This document shows positions 53,751 to 62,441 of a DNA stretch of 64,000 nt, piece after piece. The DNA lies in the IMG/VR virus record IMGVR_UViG_3300020037_006332, positions 1-64,000 of that record. One strand, 5' to 3'. The first letter of the stretch is position 1. Each line of letters begins with the position of its first letter. The DNA comes from a virus (Duplodnaviria > Caudoviricetes). Below the pieces are notes generated by a model, which was given only the letters and a program-made list of their open reading frames with translations, had not been told where the DNA came from and searched no databases. The position numbers and the translations under genes are program-made.

Positions 53751-53922
53751 TGACCTTGGCCTCTGCGGCTAGTCGGGCCTTAACTTCGCTGCGGTGCACG
53801 GTGACGTCGCGGGGGGCCTCGATGCCCAGCTTAACGCGGCCGTCGCGGGCCTCCAGGACGCGGATCACGATGTTCTCGCCGACAATCACGTCTTCGCCAT
53901 TCTTCCGGGTTAAAACCAGCAT
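53740..53922 (-). CDS. csrA: Carbon storage regulator CsrA/RsmA homolog (60 aa)
   Basis: MLVLTRKNGEDVIVGENIVIRVLEARDGRVKLGIEAPRDVTVHRSEV; AAGGA RBS. Confidence 0.95.
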   Translation of the reverse strand: MLVLTRKNGEDVIVGENIVIRVLEARDGRVKLGIEAPRDVTVHRSEVKARLAAEAKVNAA

Positions 53923-54025
53923 GTGGAAATTCCTTTTCTGTGGGTTGCATCCATTCGTTTGAAAGATGCCCGGCGGCTGGAAATCGCGTAACCAGCCGCC
54001 GGGGCTAACGTGGGGCGGTGGAACC

Positions 54026-55450
54026 TTACGAAGTTCCGCCAGCACGTTTGTCGGGGAGCATTTCGACCACCTGAATCCAGGCCGGGATTTTTCCCTGCTT
54101 GGGGCGGGTGAGGCAAGCCACGACCGGGATGCCGACGTCCTGGTCGGGCCAGCCGGTGTAGCCGTCGGTGCAGACTAGGATTACCTGTGGCTTTTTGCGG
54201 CCCCCCTTGCCACCCCGTAGGATTTCCTCGTCGGTCGCGGCCTGGATGATGGCCCGGCTCATGTCGGTGCCGCCGCCGCCCATCACTTCCAGGGTTTCCG
54301 GGCGGAGCACGGTTTGCACGCTAGCGGCGGACGTGTCCGCACAAACCACCTTAATGCCATCCCGGCAGCGGTAGGCGTCCAGGACTTGTCCGATCATGCC
54401 CAGCGATAGCGAAATATCGGCGTGGTCCATGCTGCCGCTGGTGTCCACGATCACGGTCACGCGGGGCACGGGCTGGACGTTGCTCGGCAGCAGAATATCG
54501 GTCCGTGGGTTGCGGCGGTTCGGGCGGCGGTAGCTGTAGTCCCCCTGGCCTTGCGTGACTTCCACGCAATGGCGGACGGCTCGCCGGAGAATCGTGCGGG
54601 GGTCGACCTTGGGCTCGATTAGCTCCCTGGCCCACGCTCGCATTCTGCCGGCCATCTTGCCTACCCGCTTTTCGTGCTCCAGGATTTTTTCGGCAATCTC
54701 GCGGCGGATCATTTCTTGTTCGGCGTCGTCCAGGCCGTGGCGGCCGTCCCCGTCTGGTCCGTCGCTGCCTTCCTCGGTGCCGTGCTGCTCCCATTCCTTG
54801 GGGATACCATCGCACGCGGAGCCGGCCAGCGATGGATCAAACTTGCCTTGTCCCTTGCCTTTGCCCTGTTTGTCCCCGGGTTGGCCTTCGCCGTCCCCGT
54901 CCCCGGGTTGGCCTTCGCCGTCCCCGTCCCCGTCTTCATCGCCGTCCCCGCCTTCGCTCTCGGGCGGCATCATTTTTCGCAGTTCGTAGTCGTAGAAATC
55001 GGCGGTTTCTTCTTCGACTAGGCCGTAGTCGGCCGGCTTGTGGGCGTCTTCCGGGAGACTCACGCCGGAGGCCAGCAGGTTGCTGTTCGCGGCCAGCTCA
55101 CTGGCCAGTTGCCAGCGTTTCATGTCCGACTTTTTGGGATTGCTGCCCAAAATTTGGGCCCCACGCTTGGGATGGCGAAATAGCAGGCGGGCCACGTCTC
55201 GCAAGATCATGCCGGCCACGTCGTCGGTGCGGGCGGCCTTGATGGCCTCGGGATTGAAGTGTAGCCGCCAAGTGCTGTCACAAGCCACGGGCCCCGGGAG
55301 CCGGGGGTTTTCCACGGCCATCAGGGTTAAAATCATATAGGTCGCGTAGGGCCATTTTTGACAAGCCAAAATGCGAGCCTTGACTAGCTCCTGGCACTGG
55401 TGTCGGCCGGGGCGGCTGGTGCCGCCCTGGCTAATCGCTTGCGTGGTCAT
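54026..55450 (-). CDS. DUF2201-like protein: peptidase-like N-terminal domain plus vWA domain
   Basis: MIDAS VDTSGSM, GGGGTDM, TDGY; N-terminal PGPVACDSTWRLHFNP. Confidence 0.8.
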   Translation of the reverse strand: MTTQAISQGGTSRPGRHQCQELVKARILACQKWPYATYMILTLMAVENPRLPGPVACDSTWRLHFNPEAIKAARTDDVAGMILRDVARLLFRHPKRGAQILGSNPKKSDMKRWQLASELAANSNLLASGVSLPEDAHKPADYGLVEEETADFYDYELRKMMPPESEGGDGDEDGDGDGEGQPGDGDGEGQPGDKQGKGKGQGKFDPSLAGSACDGIPKEWEQHGTEEGSDGPDGDGRHGLDDAEQEMIRREIAEKILEHEKRVGKMAGRMRAWARELIEPKVDPRTILRRAVRHCVEVTQGQGDYSYRRPNRRNPRTDILLPSNVQPVPRVTVIVDTSGSMDHADISLSLGMIGQVLDAYRCRDGIKVVCADTSAASVQTVLRPETLEVMGGGGTDMSRAIIQAATDEEILRGGKGGRKKPQVILVCTDGYTGWPDQDVGIPVVACLTRPKQGKIPAWIQVVEMLPDKRAGGTS

Positions 55451-55501
55451 CGGTAAGGTTTCCTTTTCGTCGGGTGCGATTTTGTAAACTCCACTCGCTT
55501 G

Positions 55502-55529
55502 ATTATAGCGAGCGGACAAGCGGCGTCAA
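55502..55529 (-). promoter_or_regulatory. Sigma70-like promoter with operator
   Basis: TTGACG-N16-TATAAT with CGCTCGC. Confidence 0.75.
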
Positions 55530-55538
55530 GCGTTCTTT

Positions 55539-55934
55539 CTATCGGGCCGGGGCGATGCTCAGATTGAGCCTTTCCACGCTCATGCCTAGGTCACGCATCA
55601 CGGCGGCTAGCCGGTCTTCCTGGGCGGCCAGCCTGGCCTCCAGCTCGGCGACGCGGGTTTCCAGCTCGGCGGTCGCGGCGGAGCCGTGACGGGCCCGGGG
55701 GCGGGTGTACTGCTCGGGGTCGATAGTCTGGAGGTCTTTCAAGACGCCCCGGATCATAGCCGGGGTGATTCGGCTCGCGTCTTTCAGGGCGGGAATCTTG
55801 ATAGCGTTGACCAGCTCGGCCAGCTCGCCGTCGCCCATCCCCTTGGCGACAATCCAGTCCTGCCAGTTAGCTTTCATGGTGTCCATGAGGCTGATGGCGT
55901 GGACGCGGTTAAATTTGTGGGTTCTCTTGGCCAT
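55539..55934 (-). CDS. Hypothetical protein with C-terminal coiled coil
   Basis: AAGGA RBS. Confidence 0.6.
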   Translation of the reverse strand: MAKRTHKFNRVHAISLMDTMKANWQDWIVAKGMGDGELAELVNAIKIPALKDASRITPAMIRGVLKDLQTIDPEQYTRPRARHGSAATAELETRVAELEARLAAQEDRLAAVMRDLGMSVERLNLSIAPAR

Positions 55935-56050
55935 TGCAAGGTTTCCTTTTGCTTGCGATTTCAGGTGGTTAAAACAAGCCGCCGGGCTAGGTACTAGGAT
56001 TGCTAGAGTGAATCCATCCTAGCCCGGGCGGCCCGTGACAAGGGCGGGAG

Positions 56051-57157
56051 TTATGCTCCTACCAGGGCGGTCAACTTGCTCTTACGCTTCTTCGGGGTGT
56101 AGCCGACCGGCTTGATCTTCCAAAGCGAGCCGTGTGCGGCCTGGGCGATTTCGGGAATCTGGCTGTGAACGTGTTCCAGGACGTCGAAACCGGCTTCCCA
56201 GCGGTCGGGCGTGTTGTCGTGCTGGATGCGATTCCAAACGCTGGCCACAATCGCCATTGCGTGATCGCCACGCTTGGGCAGGTTCAAGCTGGTGGGGTCG
56301 TTCAGGATGGCCTCGGGGTCCGGCAGGTCTTGCTTGGAAAGCCACGTCAAAAACTCGGTCCCGGCGGCCTGTCCGACGCATCCCCAAACCAGCTTACTGC
56401 GAACTTCGTTGTTTGCTCCCACGCTCTCGGCGGCCCCCAGCAGCTTGATTACGTTCGTCCAGCTCCGGGGCGTCGGGTAGGGCTCGGTGGCCTTGTGGGC
56501 GTCTTTGGGGTACTTCTCAATCAGGGTGGGGATGGCGTCGGCAAACTTGTCCATCAGGGCCCCCCACTTCGCACAGTAGTTCCGCCAGTCGGCCGGCAGG
56601 ATCGGTAGGCTGGGGGCGGGGAAATCCAGGTTATCCCGCCAGCCCTGGCGAATGCTCTTGAGGTCGGTTTCCCACTCCAAGATGCACAAGCGGTTCACCA
56701 TCGGCGGGGCCAAGTCGACGCCGGCAGCGGCCTTGTCGACGGGGTTGGCGGCGGAGAAAATCCAGCAGGATTCGATGCCTTCGGCCATGAGCTGAAGGGC
56801 CGACGCCTGAGTCGCGTGGCCGGTGTTCGTCAGCTCGTCAATCAGCAGGACGCTGGGCTCCAGCTTGCAGCGGACAAACCGCTCGTCGTGCACCCGGGCC
56901 ATAACCTTGTAGTGGTGGCCCGTGGTGGGGTCCAGGTGGTCCGGTAATTCTTGGACGGTTGGGTAGCCGCCAAGGTCTTCGGGGAGCACTTGGTCAAGAC
57001 ACACTGAGCGGAAATGCCGGCCGACGGCGGCGGCTAAAGCCCGATGCGTTTCGGTTTTGGCCACGCCTGGGATGCCCAGCGACAGCGGGATAACTCCCGC
57101 TTGGCCGGCAATAAAGTGGGCCCAGTTGACTTGGCTGATTGCTCGTTTAGCTGACAT
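56051..57157 (-). CDS. MoxR-family AAA+ ATPase
   Basis: GIPGVAKT, LLIDE, AANP, NRL. Confidence 0.85.
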   Translation of the reverse strand: MSAKRAISQVNWAHFIAGQAGVIPLSLGIPGVAKTETHRALAAAVGRHFRSVCLDQVLPEDLGGYPTVQELPDHLDPTTGHHYKVMARVHDERFVRCKLEPSVLLIDELTNTGHATQASALQLMAEGIESCWIFSAANPVDKAAAGVDLAPPMVNRLCILEWETDLKSIRQGWRDNLDFPAPSLPILPADWRNYCAKWGALMDKFADAIPTLIEKYPKDAHKATEPYPTPRSWTNVIKLLGAAESVGANNEVRSKLVWGCVGQAAGTEFLTWLSKQDLPDPEAILNDPTSLNLPKRGDHAMAIVASVWNRIQHDNTPDRWEAGFDVLEHVHSQIPEIAQAAHGSLWKIKPVGYTPKKRKSKLTALVGA

Positions 57158-57254
57158 GCGATTTTTTTCCTTCTGTTGAGTCTGAAAATCCGTAGGTTAA
57201 AAATGCCTTCTCTGTCCGGCCACGTGGGGTCCGTTTCACTTCCTTCTGGGCCTG

Positions 57255-57282
57255 AGTATAGCGAGCGTATCGACTACTGCAA
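57255..57282 (-). promoter_or_regulatory. Sigma70-like promoter with operator
   Basis: TTGCAG-N16-TATACT with CGCTCGC; AT-rich upstream. Confidence 0.7.
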
Positions 57283-57307
57283 GCCCTATTCTAGAAATTA
57301 TTTATTC

Positions 57308-58201
57308 CTAGCTGAATAGGGTATGGAAGTGTTCTTTGTCTTCGATCTGGGCTAGTGCGGCGGTGACTTCCATTTCAGCGGCGGCGATGGTTTCGTGTAG
57401 GGCGGTGAGGGCTTCGCCTAGGATTTCCTCGTAGCGGCTAACCCGGGTGTGTAGCGTGCCGGCGGCGGCCTTCCGGCGGGTAAGGGCCGATTCGCCTAGC
57501 TCGTTGGCGGCCAGCTCGGTTCGCATTGCTTCAGCGGCGGCGGTGACTTCGGCGACAATCGCGTCTTTCACGGCCCGGACGGTCCCCTCGTCGATCAGGG
57601 TGCTGACGCGGTAGACCGTGCTGGCGTTAAGCCGGCCGTCCACGGGGGTCTGGCTGGCGGCCTCGACGGCGGCGGCCAGTTTATCCAGGGTGGCCCGGTG
57701 GTGCTCGGGCACCCAATAGACTCCGCCGTGGGCCCGCAAAACCACTCCCTCCAGGTCGTTCTCAATGATCGAAATCAGGGACTTCGCCACGCTGTTGGCG
57801 GGGGCCACGCGGCGGGCCCTTTCGTAGAGCATTTGCAGGCCGCTGACTCCGCTGGGGAATTCGCCCCGGGTGATTTCCACAAACCCGCCCGTGTTGATCT
57901 TCACCGAAAAGTCGTGGCTGACTTCGTTTTCTTCGGCCCCGCGTTTGACGTTGCGGACTTCGTAGCCGTCTAGGGCGGAGTTCTCTAGCTCCAGGATGAT
58001 TTTGTCGAATTTGCGGCCCCGGTTGCCGGCAATGGTCATGCGGATGGCGGCCTTGAGGGCGGCGGAGTCGGTGCGGGGTGCGACCATGTACCGCTCGAAA
58101 CCTAGGTCGGCTAGGCGGGCGTTGATCGCGGCCCGGTCGGTGTCGTGCAGTTGCCAGTAGACCACGGCCCCGCTGGCGGAAATTGCGTGCGTGCTGTTCA
58201 T
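57308..58201 (-). CDS. DUF6744-like protein commonly found beside MoxR/vWA pairs
   Basis: GAVVYW...PR...ALKAA and RAHGGVYWVP motifs; family call from memory. Confidence 0.55.
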   Translation of the reverse strand: MNSTHAISASGAVVYWQLHDTDRAAINARLADLGFERYMVAPRTDSAALKAAIRMTIAGNRGRKFDKIILELENSALDGYEVRNVKRGAEENEVSHDFSVKINTGGFVEITRGEFPSGVSGLQMLYERARRVAPANSVAKSLISIIENDLEGVVLRAHGGVYWVPEHHRATLDKLAAAVEAASQTPVDGRLNASTVYRVSTLIDEGTVRAVKDAIVAEVTAAAEAMRTELAANELGESALTRRKAAAGTLHTRVSRYEEILGEALTALHETIAAAEMEVTAALAQIEDKEHFHTLFS

Positions 58202-58384
58202 GGTAGTGGGTTCCCTTCGTTGAGTAGTGCGGCGATTTTTCAGGTTTGGAAAGCGGTGCAAGGGGCTCGATTTGTTTATTTGGCCAGCGGGGTTTGCGGT
58301 CCCGTCGGTAGCCGTCCATCCTAGGATTGGCCGGGGGTTAGCCCGGTAGACGCTCGAACCATCTTGCAAGCGGCTAGCCAGTAG

Positions 58385-58410
58385 CCGGCCCGGGGTTAAT
58401 TCCGGGCCGG
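58385..58410. terminator. Perfect 9-bp hairpin with GGTTAATT loop
   Basis: CCGGCCCGG-GGTTAATT-CCGGGCCGG. Confidence 0.5.
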
Positions 58411-58426
58411 TTCGCTGGGCAGTCGC

Positions 58427-58750
58427 TTACGCTCCGACGTAGTGATAGTAGCCCTTGCTGGTCACGACGTAGCAAGGCATATCGCTGGGAACGTGGGGCG
58501 TTGTGCAGTCGTGAAACTCATGGCCGCCCATGTAGAAATCCACGGCGGCGGCATACTCGCGGGCCAGTGCTTCGCTGGCAAACGCGGCCGGGTGCATCGC
58601 ACGCTTCCAGTTGTCGCGGTCCTGGTAGGTGTTGACGATAGCCTTCATGGCCTCGCTGGGCTCGGTGATCGGGCCCACGGGGACGGCCGCCAAGATAATT
58701 CCGCCGTCTTCGGTCGGCAGGGTGATCGTTTTGGTTTCGACTTTCGGCAT
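58427..58750 (-). CDS. Hypothetical protein
   Basis: AAGGA RBS, after a promoter. Confidence 0.6.
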   Translation of the reverse strand: MPKVETKTITLPTEDGGIILAAVPVGPITEPSEAMKAIVNTYQDRDNWKRAMHPAAFASEALAREYAAAVDFYMGGHEFHDCTTPHVPSDMPCYVVTSKGYYHYVGA

Positions 58751-58811
58751 GGCTTAGGTTCCTTTCAGGTTTGCGATTTTTCAGGGCAGCAACTTGCTGC
58801 GTCTGGGTGTG

Positions 58812-58839
58812 ATTATAGTCGGCATCCGCTCGCTGTAAA
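58812..58839 (-). promoter_or_regulatory. Sigma70-like promoter with operator
   Basis: TTTACA-GCGAGCG..(N16)-TATAAT. Confidence 0.75.
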
Positions 58840-58958
58840 CCCCAGAAATAAATAATTTCCGAAATGGCTCGATAGCGGGGGGTTCCTCGCGGGGTCGGGT
58901 TAAAAACGCTAGCCGGTAGCCCCCACGGTTTCCCGTGGGGGTTGGCCGGGCAGCGTTC

Positions 58959-59666
58959 CTAGGCCCACGAGTGTTCGACGTTCGGCTGCCGGTTGTCCAT
59001 TTCGGCCTGGGCGTATTCGGCTTCCGGGCAGTCCTGGTTGGCGGGCTCCAGGGCGGCCGGGGCGGCCTTGCCCCATGCTAGGCCGTAGTTCTTGGCACAA
59101 ACCGGCCCGTAGCCCACGCCGGTGCTCTTGGCGTCGGTGAGGGTCTTCTGGCAAAAGCAGCAGTTGCCCGTGGTGCGGCCGTACTTGGCAGCGTAGCCGG
59201 CGGGGTCGGCGGCAAACTGTTGCAGCACTTCGGTGATCGCGTCGGTGGCGTCGCGGCCAGCTTCAAACTTCCCGTCCCGGTGAATCCGGCCAAACCACTG
59301 ATTGTCCCCGTAGCGGCCCCCGTCGGTGACGTTGATCGTGCCGGGGAACTTGGCCCGGTCGCCGGCCTTGGCCAGTTGAATCTTGCCACCATCGGCGGCG
59401 GCGAAGACGATCTTCGGGAACTTGAGTTTCTGGCCCGCGATGACAAACAACGCGGCGATGGCGGCGAAGTTGTTAATTTCCACTTCGCGGCGGACGGCTG
59501 GGGCGGCCAGCTTGAAAACCCAATGGAGCTGTTTGTCCGAGAGGCCCCGGGTGCGGAATCGCTGGACTAGCGAGCGAGCGAAGTCGGCCGAGTTGCCCAG
59601 CGTGTCGGTGGCGAGTTTGCTTTCCAGGGCTTCGATGGCGGCGGCGATTTCGGCGGCGGTCTTCAT
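58959..59666 (-). CDS. DUF6011-like Zn-ribbon domain protein
   Basis: CCFCQKTLTDAKSTGVGYGPVCA. Confidence 0.7.
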   Translation of the reverse strand: MKTAAEIAAAIEALESKLATDTLGNSADFARSLVQRFRTRGLSDKQLHWVFKLAAPAVRREVEINNFAAIAALFVIAGQKLKFPKIVFAAADGGKIQLAKAGDRAKFPGTINVTDGGRYGDNQWFGRIHRDGKFEAGRDATDAITEVLQQFAADPAGYAAKYGRTTGNCCFCQKTLTDAKSTGVGYGPVCAKNYGLAWGKAAPAALEPANQDCPEAEYAQAEMDNRQPNVEHSWA

Positions 59667-59728
59667 GGCGGGGTTCCTTTTCTAGTTTTGCGATTTTCTG
59701 GCCGGCATTCGTGTCGGCCATGAGCATT

Positions 59729-59756
59729 ACTATAAAGGTTATCCGCTCGCTGTAAA
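59729..59756 (-). promoter_or_regulatory. Sigma70-like promoter with operator
   Basis: TTTACA-GCGAGCG..(N16)-TATAGT. Confidence 0.75.
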
Positions 59757-59813
59757 TGGGGGCTGGAGTATTTTTCTACAAATAGTTTCAAAATAGACCA
59801 CTAGAGGGGGTGG

Positions 59814-60059
59814 CTATTCAGTCGGGTTATTTTTGGCCGCTAGGGCGGCGGCCTTGGCCCGCTTGGTAGCCCATGCCTTGTGGGCCCGGTTGACGGCTTG
59901 CTCGCTGCCGGCCGGGACTTTTTGGGCTAGGCTCCGCATTAGCTCGGATCGCTGCTTGGGGTCGGTGCTTTCGCATAGGCGTTGCCAGCGAAGCCGGCCG
60001 AGTTCAGCGGCGTCGGGGTCGGGCGTGGTGGGGGTGGCGGTGCGGCGGCGTGACATGGT
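59814..60059 (-). CDS. Small basic protein (PD.A.LGRLRW motif)
   Basis: Start MSRRR with GGAG RBS. Confidence 0.6.
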   Translation of the reverse strand, partial: TMSRRRTATPTTPDPDAAELGRLRWQRLCESTDPKQRSELMRSLAQKVPAGSEQAVNRAHKAWATKRAKAAALAAKNNPTE

Positions 60060-60127
60060 GGCTGCTCCCTGGTGGATCGTGGTGACTCCTTTGCGTTGGC
60101 GAATGGCAGTCCTGCCTCTCACTGCCC

Positions 60128-60199
60128 ATCTTACCATGCCGCTCGCTGTAGGCAAACAGTCGGATTCGAGTTGACGGCCCTGGATACGCTCGCTATAGT
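60128..60199. promoter_or_regulatory. Divergent promoter pair, each with an operator
   Basis: Minus: TTGCCT-N16-TAAGAT (60128-60155). Plus: TTGACG-N17-TATAGT (60171-60199). Confidence 0.7.
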
Positions 60200-60247
60200 T
60201 GGGTGTCCGTAAGTCGCCCCAAAATCGCACTCGCCAAGGAAATTGCA

Positions 60248-60760
60248 ATGATTGCCGTCCCTCGCAAGGATCGCCGCCCCCGGCTCGAACGTATTACCGA
60301 AGCGGTTAAAAACAGCACTGGCGGGGAGCTGCCGCCGGAGGTCGTGGGCCAGCTTGCGGAAGCGATTGATAAGATGGTCCCGGCGGGCTACGATCTGCAC
60401 AAACTCAAGGCCACGACGGTTGATATTGCCGATTCCCTGGAGGGGGTGGCGGTCGCCGATATGGCCCGGATTTTGAATGCCACCATGAAATGCCTGGGGA
60501 TGGTGCTGCCGAAAATCGCCAATAGCTCGGCGGTCTACAGCACGGTTTGCGACGTGGCTCGGCGGAAAGTCGAGAAACTCCACGCCAAACTGGGCAGCAA
60601 AACCTACCTGGAAACCATGAATGCCTGCCTTGAGAAAACCCCCGATGGGGCCTCGCCTGAAAACGTCGCCCTCATGCTCACGCAATGCTACCTTCTCGAA
60701 ATGGAACGGCTCGCGGCGGTCGCGGTCCAGGCCAGCAAGAAACCGGCCGATAAAGGTTAA
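60248..60760 (+). CDS. Plus-strand hypothetical protein, candidate regulator
   Basis: AAGGA RBS before ATG 60248; helical. Confidence 0.65.
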   Translation: MIAVPRKDRRPRLERITEAVKNSTGGELPPEVVGQLAEAIDKMVPAGYDLHKLKATTVDIADSLEGVAVADMARILNATMKCLGMVLPKIANSSAVYSTVCDVARRKVEKLHAKLGSKTYLETMNACLEKTPDGASPENVALMLTQCYLLEMERLAAVAVQASKKPADKG

Positions 60761-60791
60761 TTTTACGGCGGCTAGGATGCCGTTGATAGGG

Positions 60792-60965
60792 TCGATAGAT
60801 ATGCCACGTAAACCAAAGCCGGAAGCGGAAGCCGGCCCGGAAACTCCAGATACGGCCGCCGGCCGGCTCTCACGAAAGCGATGGGAAAAATGGAAACGGG
60901 ATCAAGCGAAGAAAGAGGCGGCGAAGGCCAAGCGGGCGGCCAGTCGCCGGAAGGGGAAGCCCTGA
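60792..60965 (+). CDS. Small basic protein, similar to 59814-60059
   Basis: PETPDTAAGRLSRKRW, Lys/Ala tail. Confidence 0.5.
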   Translation, partial: SIDMPRKPKPEAEAGPETPDTAAGRLSRKRWEKWKRDQAKKEAAKAKRAASRRKGKP

Positions 60966-61225
60966 CGTGTGTAGCCTATCGGGTCGACCACGCGGGGGCG
61001 TTTAGCGTCCCGGGCTGCTCCGTGCGGCGGTGCTCGGACTGCGGGGCTGAGACGTGCCTAGCCCCCAGCAGTGTCGCCGAAATGGCCAAGCGGCCGGGCA
61101 GTAACGTGATCTGCCACGAATGCTTTAGCCGGCACTTGCTGGCGGGCCTGGATTCGGCGGTCAAGCCCATGACGCCCCAGCAGGCGGCCGAAATTCTGGC
61201 CTCGCTGGCGGCCCCCAACAATTGA
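60881..61225 (+). CDS. Possible Zn-finger protein
   Basis: CSDC...CHEC; start uncertain. Confidence 0.4.
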   Translation: MGKMETGSSEERGGEGQAGGQSPEGEALTCVAYRVDHAGAFSVPGCSVRRCSDCGAETCLAPSSVAEMAKRPGSNVICHECFSRHLLAGLDSAVKPMTPQQAAEILASLAAPNN

Positions 61226-61331
61226 TAAAATCCCCATTGCACTGCTGTAGCTTAACGGGCCAATGTCCCACCTAAAGCGGCGGGCCTTGATAACCCGCAT
61301 GGATGCCGGTTGATCCGGCCAGTGGTGCGTT

Positions 61332-62441
61332 TTACACGAAATTCGCGTCCGGCGGGGCCGGGTCCACGGCGTAGGCCATCGCCTGATTCTGGGCGTTGAA
61401 CGGGCAGCGTTCGCATCCCGTGGCGTCAAAGTCGGCCATCCCGGCCTGAGACTCTTTCCAGAGGTCGCGGAAGCGTTTCCCTTCCAGGCTGCCAATCAGC
61501 CCGGAATCGTTGTAGGCCAGCGTGCAGCAGCGGTATACGTTCAGGTCGCCGCCGACATAGGTGTTAGCCTGTTGATACCAGCAGCGGTGGTAGTCGGGGC
61601 GGCCTTGCTGGAGGTCACTGTAGCGGCTACCGAAGTTATTCAGCACGGCAAACGTGCCGGGGACGTCGCGGGTTTGGGCGGCCTCTAGTAGCTCGTGGAT
61701 TTCGTCTAGCAGGCCAGCGTAGTATTGAGCCCCGTCGGGCTGGAAATAGGCCCCCAGCCGGATATTGTCGGCCCCGGCCTCTTTGGCTCGGTCGACGGCC
61801 AGCAGGATTTCGCGGTAGTTTTCGCGGGTGACCACGAAGCTAACCCCTAGGCGGAGTTTGGTCCCCATGCCGTTTTTCTTGTCGGCCAGCATGGCCACGT
61901 TCCGCCAAGCGGCCTCGAAGTGTTGGGTGCTGACGTTGCGGGTCACGGCGTAGGTTTCGGGCTTCCCGGCGTCGATGCTGACGCGGACCCACTTGGCAAA
62001 AACTAGGGCCTGGAGCGTGTCGGCATTCCAGCGGACCCCATTCGAGACTAGGGCTAGGTCCATATTGCGATGGTGCACGGCCTCGAAAATCTCGACGTGG
62101 TGCGGGTGCACGGTAGGCTCGCCGCCGCCGGTGATCTGGATCGCTTTGACCCCCATTTGCTGGCAGTCTTCCAGGATTTCGATAACCTTGCCTAGCGGGA
62201 TTTTCCGGTTGGGGTTATTGTTGACCACGCCGAAAGCGTTGGTTTCCCCGAAGCGTTGATTAGAGCTGTAGCCGGGCATTCGGAAAGCACAGAATCCGCA
62301 GCTTTGGTTGCAGAGGTCGCTGATAACTAGCTGGACTTGCACGGGGGCGGCGGTCTTGCCGGCTCGCCATGCCTTCACGCGGTCGGGGTGGTGGATGATC
62401 TTTAGCGGCGAGTAGGGGCTGGCCGGGTGAGGTCGTTCCAT
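61332..62441 (-). CDS. Radical SAM/SPASM-type protein
   Basis: CNQSCGFC, GGGEPT, C-terminal Cys cluster. Confidence 0.9.
   Translation of the reverse strand: MERPHPASPYSPLKIIHHPDRVKAWRAGKTAAPVQVQLVISDLCNQSCGFCAFRMPGYSSNQRFGETNAFGVVNNNPNRKIPLGKVIEILEDCQQMGVKAIQITGGGEPTVHPHHVEIFEAVHHRNMDLALVSNGVRWNADTLQALVFAKWVRVSIDAGKPETYAVTRNVSTQHFEAAWRNVAMLADKKNGMGTKLRLGVSFVVTRENYREILLAVDRAKEAGADNIRLGAYFQPDGAQYYAGLLDEIHELLEAAQTRDVPGTFAVLNNFGSRYSDLQQGRPDYHRCWYQQANTYVGGDLNVYRCCTLAYNDSGLIGSLEGKRFRDLWKESQAGMADFDATGCERCPFNAQNQAMAYAVDPAPPDANFV

Noticed and set aside
54877-54935. Short tandem duplication encoding GDGEGQPG twice
   Set aside because: Ordinary low-complexity linker expansion
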